From: Mobula hypostoma
Lineage: Eukaryota
Length of the DNA stretch: 64,000 nt
Assembly: GCF_963921235.1 (NCBI RefSeq)
Contig: NC_086118.1
Span: 21,020,001 to 21,084,000 of the forward strand
Direction of reading: 5' to 3'
Below the pieces are notes generated by a model that was not told the DNA's origin, ran no database searches, and worked only from the letters and a program-made list of their open reading frames with translations. The position numbers and the translations under genes were made by a program. Within the stretch, counting starts at the first letter, position 1; each line of letters begins with the position of its first letter. Below are positions 11,395 to 23,448 of this stretch, piece after piece.

Positions 11395-12480
11395 GTGAGG
11401 TTTGGAGCAGAGTGTGGAGGCTAAGAAACCTGGAGACAGGGTGTGAGCCCATGATTGACTCTATTTCTCAATGATTAAAGTGTTGAGCAAGATTGAAATC
11501 AACGAGGATGAGAACGGAAGGTGAGCGGGTGTTCAGCACTGTCTGCTTGTGTGTGACTAGTCTCTCTCTTTCCTTCCTGTTTGTTGCTGCCAGAGGATGG
11601 TGCCAGAGCCTTGGGTCTTGGGCAAAGTTTAAGTCTCGCAGCTTGAGGACTGGACTCTGCATTTCAGGTTATATATATTTCTGGTTACTCCTTCTTTTAT
11701 TTTGTGTGATTTTGATTGAGGACTGCAGTCAATGAATGACACAGTGCTAAATTGAACTAAACATGCCTAGACTGTTTCAAGGACTCTATGGTTTGATGTT
11801 TCATATTCTGCACCATAGAAAGGGTGCAGACGAGATTTACAAGGATGTTGCCTGGATTGGGGAGCATGCCTTATGAGAATAGGTTGAGTGAACTCAGCCT
11901 TTTCTCCTTGGAGCAACGGAGGATGAGAGGTGACCTGATAGAGGTGTATAAGACGATGAGAGGCATTGATCCTGTGGATAGTCAGAGGCTTTTTCCCAGG
12001 GCTGAAATGGCTAGCTTGAGAGGGCACAGGTTTAAGCTGCTTGGGAGTAGGTACAGAGAAGAGGACAGGGGTAAGTTTTTTACACACAGAGTGGTGAGTG
12101 TGTGGAATGGGCTGTCAGCGATGGTGGTGGAGGCGGATACGATAGGGTCTTTTAAGAGACTCCTGGACAGGTACATGGAGCTCAGAAAAATAGAGGGCTA
12201 TGGGTAACCTTGGGTAATTTTTAAGGTAAGGACATGTTCGGCACAGCTTTGTGGGCCGAGGGGCCTGTATTGTGCTGTAGGTTTTCTATGTTTTCATTCT
12301 GTGTGTTTATTGCTCTTTTTTTGCCATTTGCGTGAGTTGTTCTTTTTTATGCATGGTGGGTATTTGATGTTTTCTCTGAACAGGTTCCAGTGTGTTTCTA
12401 TGTTTTGTGGCTGACTGTAGGAAGAAGACTTGTAGAGTTGTGTACTGCATACATACTTCGATTCTTTGAATCTTTGAATG
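11395..12480 (+). mobile_element. Non-autonomous LINE-derived element interrupted by a CR1 3' end
   Basis: The 3' part ends TACATGTACTT-like plus a CTTTGAAT repeat, as in the Rex1-type tail at ~15170-15205. The host sequence resumes after the CR1 insert. Confidence 0.5.
11812..12292 (+). mobile_element. CR1 LINE 3' end
   Basis: RFTRMLPGL..RRMRGDLIEVYK..FFTHRVVSVWNGL; same family as 24598-27156. Confidence 0.9.
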
Positions 12481-13049
12481 TTCTACACATAAATAAAGAA
12501 ATCTACACATGCTCATTAAGATTCAGGCAGCTTGGAATATCAGTGATTTAGTTTTCTCTCTGAATTAACTTCTAATTTCTTGCGCTGAACTCTCTTAGTT
12601 CTTTCTGTGGTTTTAGTGCTGGGATGGGAAACATTTCTCTGGCTTTTGCTGAATGTCAGCAGCAAACACTTCTATGTACTGATTCCCTCGCCAAGCACTG
12701 TCTCAGCCTGAACTCTGCCATCTCGGTGGCTGGAGTCTGCTGGTCATAGAGTTGTAGACGATGGAAAAAGGCCCTTCAGCCCATAATGTACATGCCCATG
12801 AACGCTGGTTCATGAGCAGCCGGTAAACAGGCAAGACCAGAAAGAATGTAGGAAAGCAGACTACTTGGCATCCAAAAGTTCCTGAGTCTGAAAATGCCTT
12901 TGGTCAAACCTCACCTGGAGCACTGAATGTAGATGTGCTCTCTAACCATGAGAACATAAAAAATGGGAGCTGGAGTAGGTGTCTGGCCTATCTAGCATGC
13001 TCTGATATTCAGTGACATCATGGCTGATCTGGTATGGGGGGGGTGGTGC

Positions 13050-13520
13050 AGAGGGTGTGGTGCTACTGCACAGGATCGAGAGAAACTGCAGACAGTTGCA
13101 AAATTAGCTCCATCGTGGGTAGTAGCTTCCCTAGAATCCAAGGCATCCTCAAGGAGAGGTCCCTTGGTAAGGCGGCGTTCATCGTTAAGGAACCCCACCA
13201 CCTTGGGCAGGCCCTCTTCTCATTCTTACTGTCAGGAAGGAGATTCAGAAGCCTGAAAACACACACTGAGTGATTCAGGAACACCTTCTTCCCCTCTGCC
13301 ATCCAGTTCCTAAATGGGTATTGAACTCATGGACACTACCCATACTACTTTTGAAAACTTTCTGTTTTTGCACTACTAATTTAAATTTAACTATTTAAGA
13401 TATACTCACTGTAAGTCATTTTTTCTATATTTATCATATATTGCATTGTACCGTTGCTGCTAAGTTAACAAATTTCATGACATATGCTGGTGACTTTACA
13501 CCTGATTCTGATTCTGACTC
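13050..13520 (+). mobile_element. Rex1/Babar-like LINE 3' fragment
   Basis: KAAFIVKEPHHLGQALFSFLLSGRRFRSLKTHT and a (CTGATT)n tail. Confidence 0.75.
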
Positions 13521-13744
13521 AGGTCCACCTTTCCCTCATAACCTTTAATTTCCCTACCATGCAAGAATCTGTCTAACTCTGTCTTAAATACATTTAATGA
13601 GGTAGCCTCTACTGCTTCCTGGGCAGAGGGTTCCACAGATGCACTACCACTCCTCATCTCCATCCTACATCAACTCCCCACAACCTTGAGACTGTGTCCC
13701 TTAGCCATGCAAACACCTTCCCTGCCTTTACCTTACCTAAAGAA

Positions 13745-15205
13745 GATAGAGACAGGGTACCTGGCCAAGTACTAAAGACCTGTGCTGATCAACTGGCTGG
13801 ACTGTTCACTGAGATCTTCGGCAGTCTGAGGTACCCTCCTGCTGCAAGCAGGCTTCAATTATATGATGCCTAAGAAGAATATGGTGACTTGCCTCAAAGA
13901 CTATCAACCAGTAGCACCTACAATCAGAGTGATGGAGTGTTTTGAGAGGTTGGTGTTGAGACATATCAACTCCTGCCTGAGAAGCGACTTAGATCCGTTC
14001 CAATTTGCCTACCGGAGCAACAACAGATGCCATCTCATTGGCCCTTCACTCAACCCTGGAACGTCTGTACAGCAAAGATGCACACAGTACATCAGGGTGC
14101 TTTTTGTTGACTGCAGCTCAGCGTTCAATACCATTATCCCCTCAAAATTCATCAATAAGCTCCCAGACCTTGGTCTCAATACCTCCTTGTGTGTTTGGAT
14201 CTTTAATTTTCTCACTTGCAGACTCCAGTCAGTTTGAATTGGCAACAACATCTTCTCCACAGTCTCCATCAGCACAGGTGCACCACAAGGCTGTGTGCTT
14301 AGCCCCTGCTCTACTCACCAAAACAACAACCTCTTACTCAATGTCAGTAAGACCAAGGAACTGATTATTGACTTCAGAAGAAGGAAGCCAGAGCTCCATG
14401 ATCCAATCCTCATTGTGGGATCAGAGAAGGAGAGGGTCAGCAACTTTAAAACTTCCTCGGTGTCAGTATATCGGAGGACCTCTCCTGGGCCCAGCTCATA
14501 AGTGCAATTACAAAGAGAATGCAGCAGCACTGCTACCTTCCTTAAGAGTTTGCAAAGATTCAACACGATGTCTAAATCCTTGACCAACTTCTATAGATGT
14601 GTAGAGGAGAGTATCACAGCCTGGTGTGGAAACACGAATGCCCTTGAACACAAAAGCCTACAAAAGGTAGTGGATATAGCTCAGTCCATCATGGGTAAAG
14701 CCCTTCCCACCATTGAGCACATCGACATGAAACGCTATCGCATGAAAGCAGCATCCATCATCAGGGACCCCCACCACCCAGGACATGCTCTCTTCTCATT
14801 GCTGCCATCAGGAAGAAGGTACACAAGCCTCAGGACTCACACCACCGGGTTCAGGAACCGTTACTACCCCTCAACCGTCAGGCACTTGAACCGAAGGGGA
14901 TAATGTCACTCAACTTCACTTGTCCTACCATTGAAATGTTCCCACAACCAATGGACTCACTTTCAAATACGCTGCACCTCATTTATAGCTTATTTATTAT
15001 TATTATCATTTCTTTCTTTTTGTATTTGCACAGTTTGTTGTCTTGTGCCCTGTGATTGAAGCCCCAGGTCGGTGCAGTCTTCCATTGATTCTGTTATGGT
15101 TATTATTCTAAGGATTTATTGAGTATGCCCTCAAGAAAATGACTCTCAGGGTCATATATGGTGATGTACATGTACTTCGATAATACATTCACTTTGAACT
15201 TTGAA
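13745..15205 (+). mobile_element. Rex1/Babar-like LINE, degraded RT plus 3' UTR
   Basis: DYQPVAPTIRVMECFERLV, LFVDCSSAFNTI, TGAPQGCVLSP, SIIRDPHHPGHALFSLLPSGRRY and an (ACTTTG)n tail. Confidence 0.85.
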
Positions 15206-15211
15206 GTGGCG

Positions 15212-15829
15212 GGGAGAGATAGCAGCGCGCCATGCGCACGCAGCCCTCCGGTGAAAAATGATATCATATCCGTTAAATAGGGCCGTGGACAGTTCTGATT
15301 TGATGGAGACAGACGTGAAAGCACAGAGGAAAATCTGGAGAAATTTCTGAAACGCCAGTTCGCTGTTGTTGTTACTGCGCAATCCAGAATCTTCCGGGGG
15401 GAAGGCCTCAAAATCCCCGGCTTTGCCTGCTGTTGGTGACCGAGATTGAGGTCGAATCATTTGGATAGAGATGGCGCTCAGTACTCGGTGTCGGAGAGCT
15501 GATCGGAGGCTCAAAGTTTTTGGACGGCTCAGAGTCAGACTGTGGTTGGGCATGGCAGGAAGAGTTTTTCTTCCTTCTTCCGTCTGCGTGAGATGTGGGA
15601 CATTTGAGAGACTTTGAACTTTTTACTGTGCTCATGGACTCCTTCATCAAGTTATGGTGTTGTTGCACTGTTGTAACCATATGTTATAATTATGTGGTTT
15701 TGTTAGTTTTTTTCAGTCTTGGTCTGTCCTGTATTTTGTGATATCACACTGGAGGAAATATTGCATCATTTCTTAACGCATGCATTACTAAATGACAATA
15801 AAAGAGGACTGCGTGTCTTCATAATCTAA
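15212..15829 (+). mobile_element. Non-autonomous LINE-derived (SINE-like) family, copy 1
   Basis: High similarity to 43181-43777 and 47674-48352; ends AATGACAATAAAAGAGGACTGCGTGTC..ATAATCTAA. Confidence 0.85.
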
Positions 15830-15964
15830 AAAGGTACACTTCTCTTGGATCTACAGAGCATGGACCTACTAGAATGATGCCTGTGACAAGGGAGTGGATC
15901 TGTGAGTTCAATTTGAGCAATGACTGAAGTTTAGAAGTGTGAGAAAGAAAGGAGTGTGATGTAA

Positions 15965-16325
15965 TTGTCTCCATTTGCCTGGGTGGATGCAGCTACAATA
16001 ACACTTTGACACCATATAGGACAGAAAAGCCTAGGGGGTAGAGACCCCCATCCACAACCATTCACTCAGTCCACCTGCAGGATGCACTGCAGCAACTCAG
16101 CAGGGTCCTTAGTCAGCACCTTCCAAGGCCCAAATATATCACAGTTCTTTCCCTGTCATTGGGTCAAAATCCCGGAATTCCCTCCCTAACATTAGGTGGG
16201 ATCACCACACCTCAAGGACTGCAGAGATTCCAGATCACAGCTCACCGACACCTTCTCAATGGAAATTAAGGATGGGCAATTAAATGCTAGCTCAGATTGC
16301 GAAGCCCACATCCCCTAAATGAATT
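15965..16325 (+). mobile_element. Old LINE 3' end, clade undetermined
   Basis: Degraded ..TGGAATTCCCTCCCTAAC..GCTCACCGACACCTTCTC..GGATGGGCAATTAAATGC..GCCCACATCCC, resembling a LINE tail. Confidence 0.45.
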
Positions 16326-16807
16326 TTTAAAATACTCACGATTCTAAAGATGAGTAAAGCAGAAGCTCATTCCTTTGGCTGGAGTTTCTAAGTGGAGTCA
16401 TAGTCTTAGGACAAGATGACAGCCAGTTAGGATGGAAATGAGAGACATTTACGTAAGTAGCAGGTTGTACATCTTCAGATATCTCCAAAAATTCTCCTGA
16501 TCTAGTACTAATGTAAAAAATAAAAGACAGGATTTGATTTCTCTAGATGTTTCCCTTCCTGCGCTAGTTTGAAATTCAAAGTAATTACTTCACGTGCTTA
16601 AGTATATTAAAATAAACGGATTTATGATATTTAGGAGTGATTTGTGTGATGTACAATCTTCTACAAAGCACAATAGGGAAGATTAAGAATAATGGTTGTA
16701 AGGTCAACCTGGGTACACATTAGGTTTTCAGATGTTGCTGATGCTTTCTCTATAGCCCAGTAAATACTCAGCAGCATGTAGCTGGCTTCGGCAGAACATC
16801 CTACTGC

Positions 16808-16985
16808 AATGCGGGTTCTTTTTTAACATTTAAGAATAAATTGGACAGATACATGGATGGGAGGTGTATGGAGGGATATGATCCGTGTGCAGGTCAGTGG
16901 GACTAGGCAGAAAATGGTTCGGCACAGCCAAGAAGGGCCAAAGGGCCTGTTTCTGTGCTGTAGTTTCTATGGTTCTATGGTTCTA
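16808..16985 (+). mobile_element. CR1 LINE 3' end
   Basis: Near-identical to 46665-46850, with a (TTCTATGG)n tail. Confidence 0.9.
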
Positions 16986-17808
16986 AGATTAACCTCCTGG
17001 AATACTGGGAAGCATTTCTCCAGCTGTCTGGCCCTGAGCAGCCTCTGAGGTAGCTGTGCTCAAATGTCCATTGAGAAGGAAAATGAATTCCAGTTTATCT
17101 AAATGTCTAGGAATCTCACCGTGTCCTCAGAAAGTCTGTCTCAGAAAATATGTACTGTCTTTACCCATTCTAATGGAACTCTATAAAAGATTACTCAACA
17201 TTTATAAGTAAATCTGACACTGAAGATTACTTTGATGTTATAGGAGTTTATTTTGTCAAAAAGTAAATCCTTGATTTGAAATTGAATTCTGGTGTGGAAC
17301 ATCAATGAATCCTGTAGATTAGACTGCACAGAGCTCTCTGGCTGAGAGACCCACCATGACCTGGGATTATTGTTCCTTTCCAAGCACCTGATGGATGGAA
17401 CAGCAGGCAAGAGTTGACTTCCCAAATGAGAAAAACTGCATCAGCATTAATTAAGTCTAGGCATCAAGATTTGAAGTGAATGGCAAATAAAACTTATTGT
17501 AATTGGTGTGCCAGTGATGGAGTAGAGGGATAGGTAAATAGGGGTATAGACTAAGAAGAATGATTAGCTAGTGATCAATACTGTCGCTGGGACAAGCCAG
17601 AAAGAAACTTTACCCAGCAACAGCCATTGTTCTCTAATGGTTCAAATAAGGAACTATCTGATCATGCAGAGGTATCTCAAGGTATAACTAAATATAGGAA
17701 GGATAGTGTAGGGGTTAGAATATTCTAGAGAAAAGGGGAAGGTGTCCGCATGAGGAACTGATGGGCTAGCTTTGGCTTAAAATAATTATAACCAACTAAC
17801 CAATGATC

Positions 17809-18723
17809 AATTAAAATGTGTGGCCACTGGGAGATCCTGCTTTCTCTGGCGGACAGAGCATAGGTGTTCAGCAAAGTGGTCTCCCAGTCTGCGTCGGGTC
17901 TCGCCAATATATAGAAGGCCACATCGGGAGCACAGGACGCAGTATTTCAGCAAAGCGGTCTCCCAGTCTGCCCTTACACTTCCTCCCTTCAGGGCCCCAG
18001 ACAGTCCTTCCAGGTGAGGTGACACTTCACCTGTGAGTCGGCTGGGGTGATATACTGCATCCGGTGCTCCCGATGTGGTCTTCTATATATTGGTGAGACC
18101 CAACGCAGACTGGGAGACCGCTTTGCTGAACACCTACGCTCTGTCCGCCAGAGAAAGCAGGATCTCCCAGTGGCCACACATTTTAATTCCACATCCCATT
18201 CCCATTCTGACATGTCTATCCATGGCCTCCTCTACTGTAAAGATGAGGCCACACTCAGGTTGGAGGAACAACACCTTATATTCCGTCTGGGTAGCTTCCA
18301 GCCTGATGACATGAACATCGATTTCTCTAACTTCCGCTAATGCCCCACCTCCCCCTCGTACCCCATCCGTTATTTATTTTTATACACACATTCTTTCTCT
18401 CACTCTTCTTTTTCTCCCTCTGTCCCTCTGACTATACCCCTTGCCCATCCTCAGGGTTCCCCCACCCCCCTTGTCTTTCTCCCTGGGCCTCCTGTCCCAT
18501 GATCCTCTCATATCCCTTTTGCCAATCACCTGTCCAGCTCTTGGCGCCATCCCTCCCCCTCCTGTCTTCTCCTATCATTTTGGATCTCCCCCTCCCACTT
18601 TCAATCTCTTACTCACTCTTCCTTCAGTTAGTCCTGACGAAGGGTCTCGGCCTGAAACGTCGACTGCACCTCTTCCTAGAGATGCTGCCTGGCCTGCTGC
18701 GTTCACCAGCAACTTTGATGTGT
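17809..18723 (+). mobile_element. Penelope-like (Neptune-type) insertion: GIY-YIG C-terminus and pLTR with a short inverted 5' segment
   Basis: VIYCIRCSRCGLLYIGETQRRLGDRFAEH (GIY-YIG). 17809-17945 is an inverted copy of part of the same sequence. Confidence 0.9.
18630..18665 (+). ncRNA. Minimal hammerhead ribozyme motif in pLTR
   Basis: AGTC-CTGACGA-AGGGTCTCGGCCT-GAAAC-GTC-GACT: intact CUGANGA/GAAA core, GUC cleavage triplet and closing stem AGTC/GACT. Confidence 0.8.
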
Positions 18724-20348
18724 CGTCTTCCTTGGAACTGCTTATTCGTGCTGGTGGCAAATTAAAAGTACTGAGAAAACCTAAGCATTAAGTAATACTA
18801 TCAGGCTAATGTGGCATAATTGACTCTTCATGAAAGGATATGGAAATTCCTTCTGAGGTCAAGAGTAACCATCCGAGGCAGGTGATGTCATGAGTATCTT
18901 GGTGCTTAACGGTTATATATTGAAAGCAACGATTCTTTGCTGGCAGGCGTACATGAAGAAACGCCAAAAGCAAAGATCTGGCTTCAACAATGTGTTGAGT
19001 CAGCAACACCGAAGTCTTTGAATACAAGCAACCTTCACTTAATGTATTTTGAATACACCTGATGTAAAGGCCTGGGGCAATTCATGCTCAGGCATGAACT
19101 TGCTGTCTCTGGTGAGTGAATAACTATGTTTAATACGATGATTGCATGTCATTATTATTCCCAAAGTAAAAAAAAAGCCTTGTCTGATTGTGCAGATGAG
19201 ATGATTTGTTGATTTTAAACATAATATAAGCTTTTGAACTTGCTTCAAGGAAACGACTTGCAAAGGGACTAGTTGCAAATGATAGCAGACATATCATTTT
19301 AAAAAAGTCACATGTAGGCAAAGGATTCAGCACAATTAATAACTTTGCAAAAACGCTTCACTGCACTAAGTATCTTGAGATCAAGTGTGTGTGGTGAAAC
19401 TCTGTGCATACGACGCAGAAGTCACAATACAGCCAAGCAAATGATTGCGTGATAAATAACGGAAAGTGAGGTGACTTATTCTATCAAATCTGCATGGAAT
19501 GTGTGAAAGTGGCAGGGGGAGGGAGATGGTGGCTTCTGATTTTAACTTTCTTGCTCTACCGGGGGCAGGGTGGACACCACTGAAAGGAAGCTATGTCAGC
19601 ACTGGCTGTAAACCAGGGACCCCATCACATATCCTGAGATCAGAATCGGGTTTAATATTAACGGCATATGGCGTGAAATTTGTTTGTTATGCAGCAGCAG
19701 TACAATAAAATGGTGAATTACGGTGAGAAAGTCGGGATTAAAGTTCAACGTTGAAAGGCAAAACCAACCAAACCAGATTCTTGCCCCTTTCCTTCCGAGG
19801 AATTTCAGACCTAAAATTTAGCTTTCACACATCATTCTAAATTCATCAAAACATTGATCAACAACATTTGAAAGATGCTAAGAAGTGTGACCCATGAAAA
19901 TGTGTGACATATACAATGAATTGTTTGACATTTAACATAGATTTATATTAATGTTACAAAAATTAACTTTTTATGACTTTTATTCCTATTTCTTATTGGT
20001 CTGTGGTTTGCTTATTATACAACAGTTAAAAGTGCATATGTGCAAAAAGAAGAGATAGTAAAAACACATTGCTTTATTTCCATTTAAAACATTATTGCTC
20101 ATTGTTCACTGCCATTTGAAACGTTGTTGGTCACAACATCAAAGTCATACATACAACGATCATCAGAGGTGAAGTTCACAACTCTATACATTTACGTGCA
20201 ACACCGTGCTGAAACTGACACTGTGATCCACTGACTTCTCGCACCTGCTGGCCTTTAGACCAGTAGGTGTGAACTCTGTAGCCAGCTCTACAAAGAACTG
20301 CCATTATTAAGGCAAAACTCTTTGAGCTGCTGAGAGGGTTACTACTAA

Positions 20349-20857
20349 AGCCTGATTTATACTTCTGCGTTAACTCAACGCCGTAACCAACGCAAGTGAC
20401 TTACGTGCGTTGTGAGCATTTATACTTGTGCGTTGGTGTGTCTGCATCGCTCTGCAATTCAGGCACGTTGCGCATGCACACACACCTGCCCGCGCAAGGT
20501 TTCGTGGTCATGGTAATCTTTCTCAGGGTAAACAAGAAACGAGCGTATTTTTTCGTAAAAGCCAAATGTGTCCTCCATAATTTCGGAGGTCTGTAAAGCT
20601 TTATGGAAAGCATTGCAGCCAGAGTTCCTTCCCTGCCCTTCAGTAGCCCAACAGGAAGCTATTGCAGTGTAGAAGGAAATGCGATGCTACCAAGCCGACC
20701 AATCACAGTTGTTCGGTCTGTGTTGCCGTGACGCGCGGTTACATTTTGGGAGAGGTGTGCATCGCAGCAACGCACGCTCTCGCGTAGGGATTCGCGTCGG
20801 GTTTGCGGCGACGCAGTACTTACGGCGACGCGTTGATGCAGAAGTATAAATCAGGCT
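20349..20857. mobile_element. PIF/Harbinger-type MITE (509 bp)
   Basis: TIR AGCCTGATTTATACTTCTGC / GCAGAAGTATAAATCAGGCT, flanked by a TAA duplication on both sides. Confidence 0.88.
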
Positions 20858-22314
20858 TAAGTGTTGTGCTGCGTTGTGGGGGTGGGGTGGGTCAGAACAA
20901 TCTTCAAGAGAACGTCCACTAGAAGCAAGTTCTCCGAGAGTTGGGGGCTATGAATGGTATCTAGGCTGAACCTGTTAGGTTCTGGCAGGTTATACCTGGG
21001 GAGATCTCTATAAAATGAGAACAGCCTTTGAATTTCTCTTCTTTCAGGAAGCAGCAGTTCATGAATTTTTTCATGCTTTTCCTGCATCTTGAGGCTGAGT
21101 AGTTGAAGTCTCTCCTTGATTATGGAGTCTGAGGGGAAATCCTGGTTCAGCAAGTGAAGAGTAAACTGTGCGATGTAGCTGAGATATGGGTGACTGTGAT
21201 CCTGACCTCTATGTACAAAGCACTGCAGGTGCTCGTGTGAGTTTGCATTTGATGCCATTGAAGGACACAGATCTTGGTGAGAGCAAAGAATGTAGTTTGA
21301 GTGTAGTCTCTTTAAGTTGTATGGCTTCAAAGGAAATACGGCAAATTAAAGGTGTGCGGAGAATTTGTTTTGGTGTATTAACTGCATGTCCTGTATAGCA
21401 ATAACAGCAAATTAGACGCTCTGCAAAAGATCATGAAACTGTCCAAAAACGCTGCAAAGAAGTGCGATTACACCTAGAACCATGCTAAAATGAGACTTGT
21501 GCAGTTCCTAACAGGAAAGAGTTGATAAGAAAATGTGGCAATGCTGGAACAAAGCAATTTCCTCTCCAGGTGGAGGGACCCCTGCAGAATCCTTGCCATG
21601 AGCAGTCCCTCAGTTCTGCAAGGTGGACGACGATCTGTAAAGCTGGATTTGCAGAGCAGGATATATGCAGGGTAACTGTGGTGACCCAGTGGCGTGATGG
21701 ATATGGTGTCAATCTCCAGAGCAGGGGATTGTGGGATTAGTCTCATCTGGGTTGCATTGTAGCACTGTTTTTCTTGATTATTAAAGGCATCAAATGTTAC
21801 AGGGAGCAGGCAGGAGAATGGTGATGAGAGGGATAATAAATCAGCAGAGAAGACTTGACAGGCCAAACGGCCTAATTCTTAAGCCTTATGGCCAGGTGGA
21901 AGTAAACAGACCATAATCAGTGAGGTAATAACCAGTGATGATGTTTTAAATACTCTGAGCACTATGAGCTGTAATTAGTGAGCGCTGTGTCCAAAATATT
22001 TGTGTTAAAGTGGAAACACATTAAATGCCAATCAAAATGCAATGTTATTTTTATGTGTTGCCCTTACAGCATTGATTAGCCACGGAGTTGTACAGCACAG
22101 AAACAGGCCCTTCAGCCCACTACACTCGTGCCAACCTTTCTGCCCATCTCCACATTTTGTCTGCAGCAGGTCTCCAAGTGGAAGAATCGGGGGCGGGCCG
22201 ATGGAAATGAGGGGAGAATAAAATAGGATTACCATACACTGGTGGTCGATGGTCAGCAAGAGCTCTGGGCTGAAGGACCTATTTCTGTGCTGTATGACTT
22301 TCTGGTGCAAAGCA

Positions 22315-22740
22315 GACTCAAGGATTCAAAGTACATTTATTATCAAAGAGCATATAAATTGTACAACCCCGAGATCTGTCTGCTCATGGGCAGCCACAAA
22401 GCAAAAACCTGAACAAACCCAATTAAAAAAAGACCCAATACACAAAGAAAAAAAAACACAAATTATGCGAACAATAAAAGCCAGTAAAAGCATTCCGAAC
22501 TAAATTGAGTCCATAGACCTGGAGCTCAGTGTAGCCAGAGTAGGCCCATAGCCTGGTCTCAGTTCATCACACAGCGGGGCTAATCACCGCAAAGCTTGCA
22601 AACACAAAGTCCGTTGCAGCCGAAGCAGTCTGGCAGCCTCAACGCCGTGGACAGAGGAATGAACATCATGGAAGAGCGAGTGGAATTGGCCCGACACCCT
22701 ACCTTTTCAGCCTGTTGGACCGGCATTTAAATCATCCTAA
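22315..22740 (-). mobile_element. Non-autonomous LINE-derived element with Rex1-type tail
   Basis: TTCAAAGTACATTTATTATCAAAG tail, similar to 27540-27760 and the reverse complement of 12300-12480. Confidence 0.5.
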
Positions 22741-23312
22741 TGCAAGAACGTTCTGAGCAAGAAACTGGTGCTAAGGTAAAAGTTCAACCATGATCTTACT
22801 GAATGGAGCAGATGTGAGAGGCCAAATAGCCTCCTGCTACTTGCACTCCTTAAGTCCTTATATTCTTACAGGCATTGTGGAATTCGGCCGTGGAGATTAG
22901 CCCGGGGTCCTCAGCTGAAATGATAGTAGTCCACTCCTTCCTTCAGTTTCAGTGAGTGCAAATTTTCTTCAAACCCACCATCTGTCAGGTCCTGCCAAAA
23001 CGAGAAATGTTAGATCACATCAGCCTTGCTTTTTATCTCATAATTGATGACATAAGTGCAAGTCTAATCCATGCTGAAACCTGGCAGCTTGTCAATGTGC
23101 TAGGAGCTGTGTCCTCAGTTGTTGAGAAATACATCCCAGAGTATGAATCAGCTCAGGGGGTCAAAGATTTGTGAGCACCAACACCGTTCCTGACAGTTTG
23201 CCACTGTGAGCCTCCAGCTGTTTGAACATTTTCCTCTGTGCAAATAGTGAAAACACAAAAACAAACCAACAGCTGGTTATTCTGTGCAAGGGCTAATTAT
23301 TAGTTTGTAGGG

Positions 23313-23448
23313 TTGTTCGCTGAGCCTGGAGGTCAGGTCGCAAGCGTTTCGTAACCAGTCGAGGTGACATCATCAGTTGCACAATTGATGATGTCATCTC
23401 GACTGGTGACAAGACATTTGCGGCCTGACCTCCAGGCTCTGCGAACAA
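23313..23448. repeat. 136-bp palindrome made of two inverted hammerhead-bearing Penelope-type pLTR segments
   Basis: TTGTTCGCTGAGCCTGGAGGTCAGG...CCTGACCTCCAGGCTCTGCGAACAA. The minus strand has CTGATGA-TGTCACC-TCGACT-GGTTAC-GAAAC. Confidence 0.75.

Noticed and set aside
20857..21330. 157-aa minus-strand ORF with a helical-looking segment
   Set aside because: No recognisable homology, no convincing splice sites on that strand, and it abuts a MITE.
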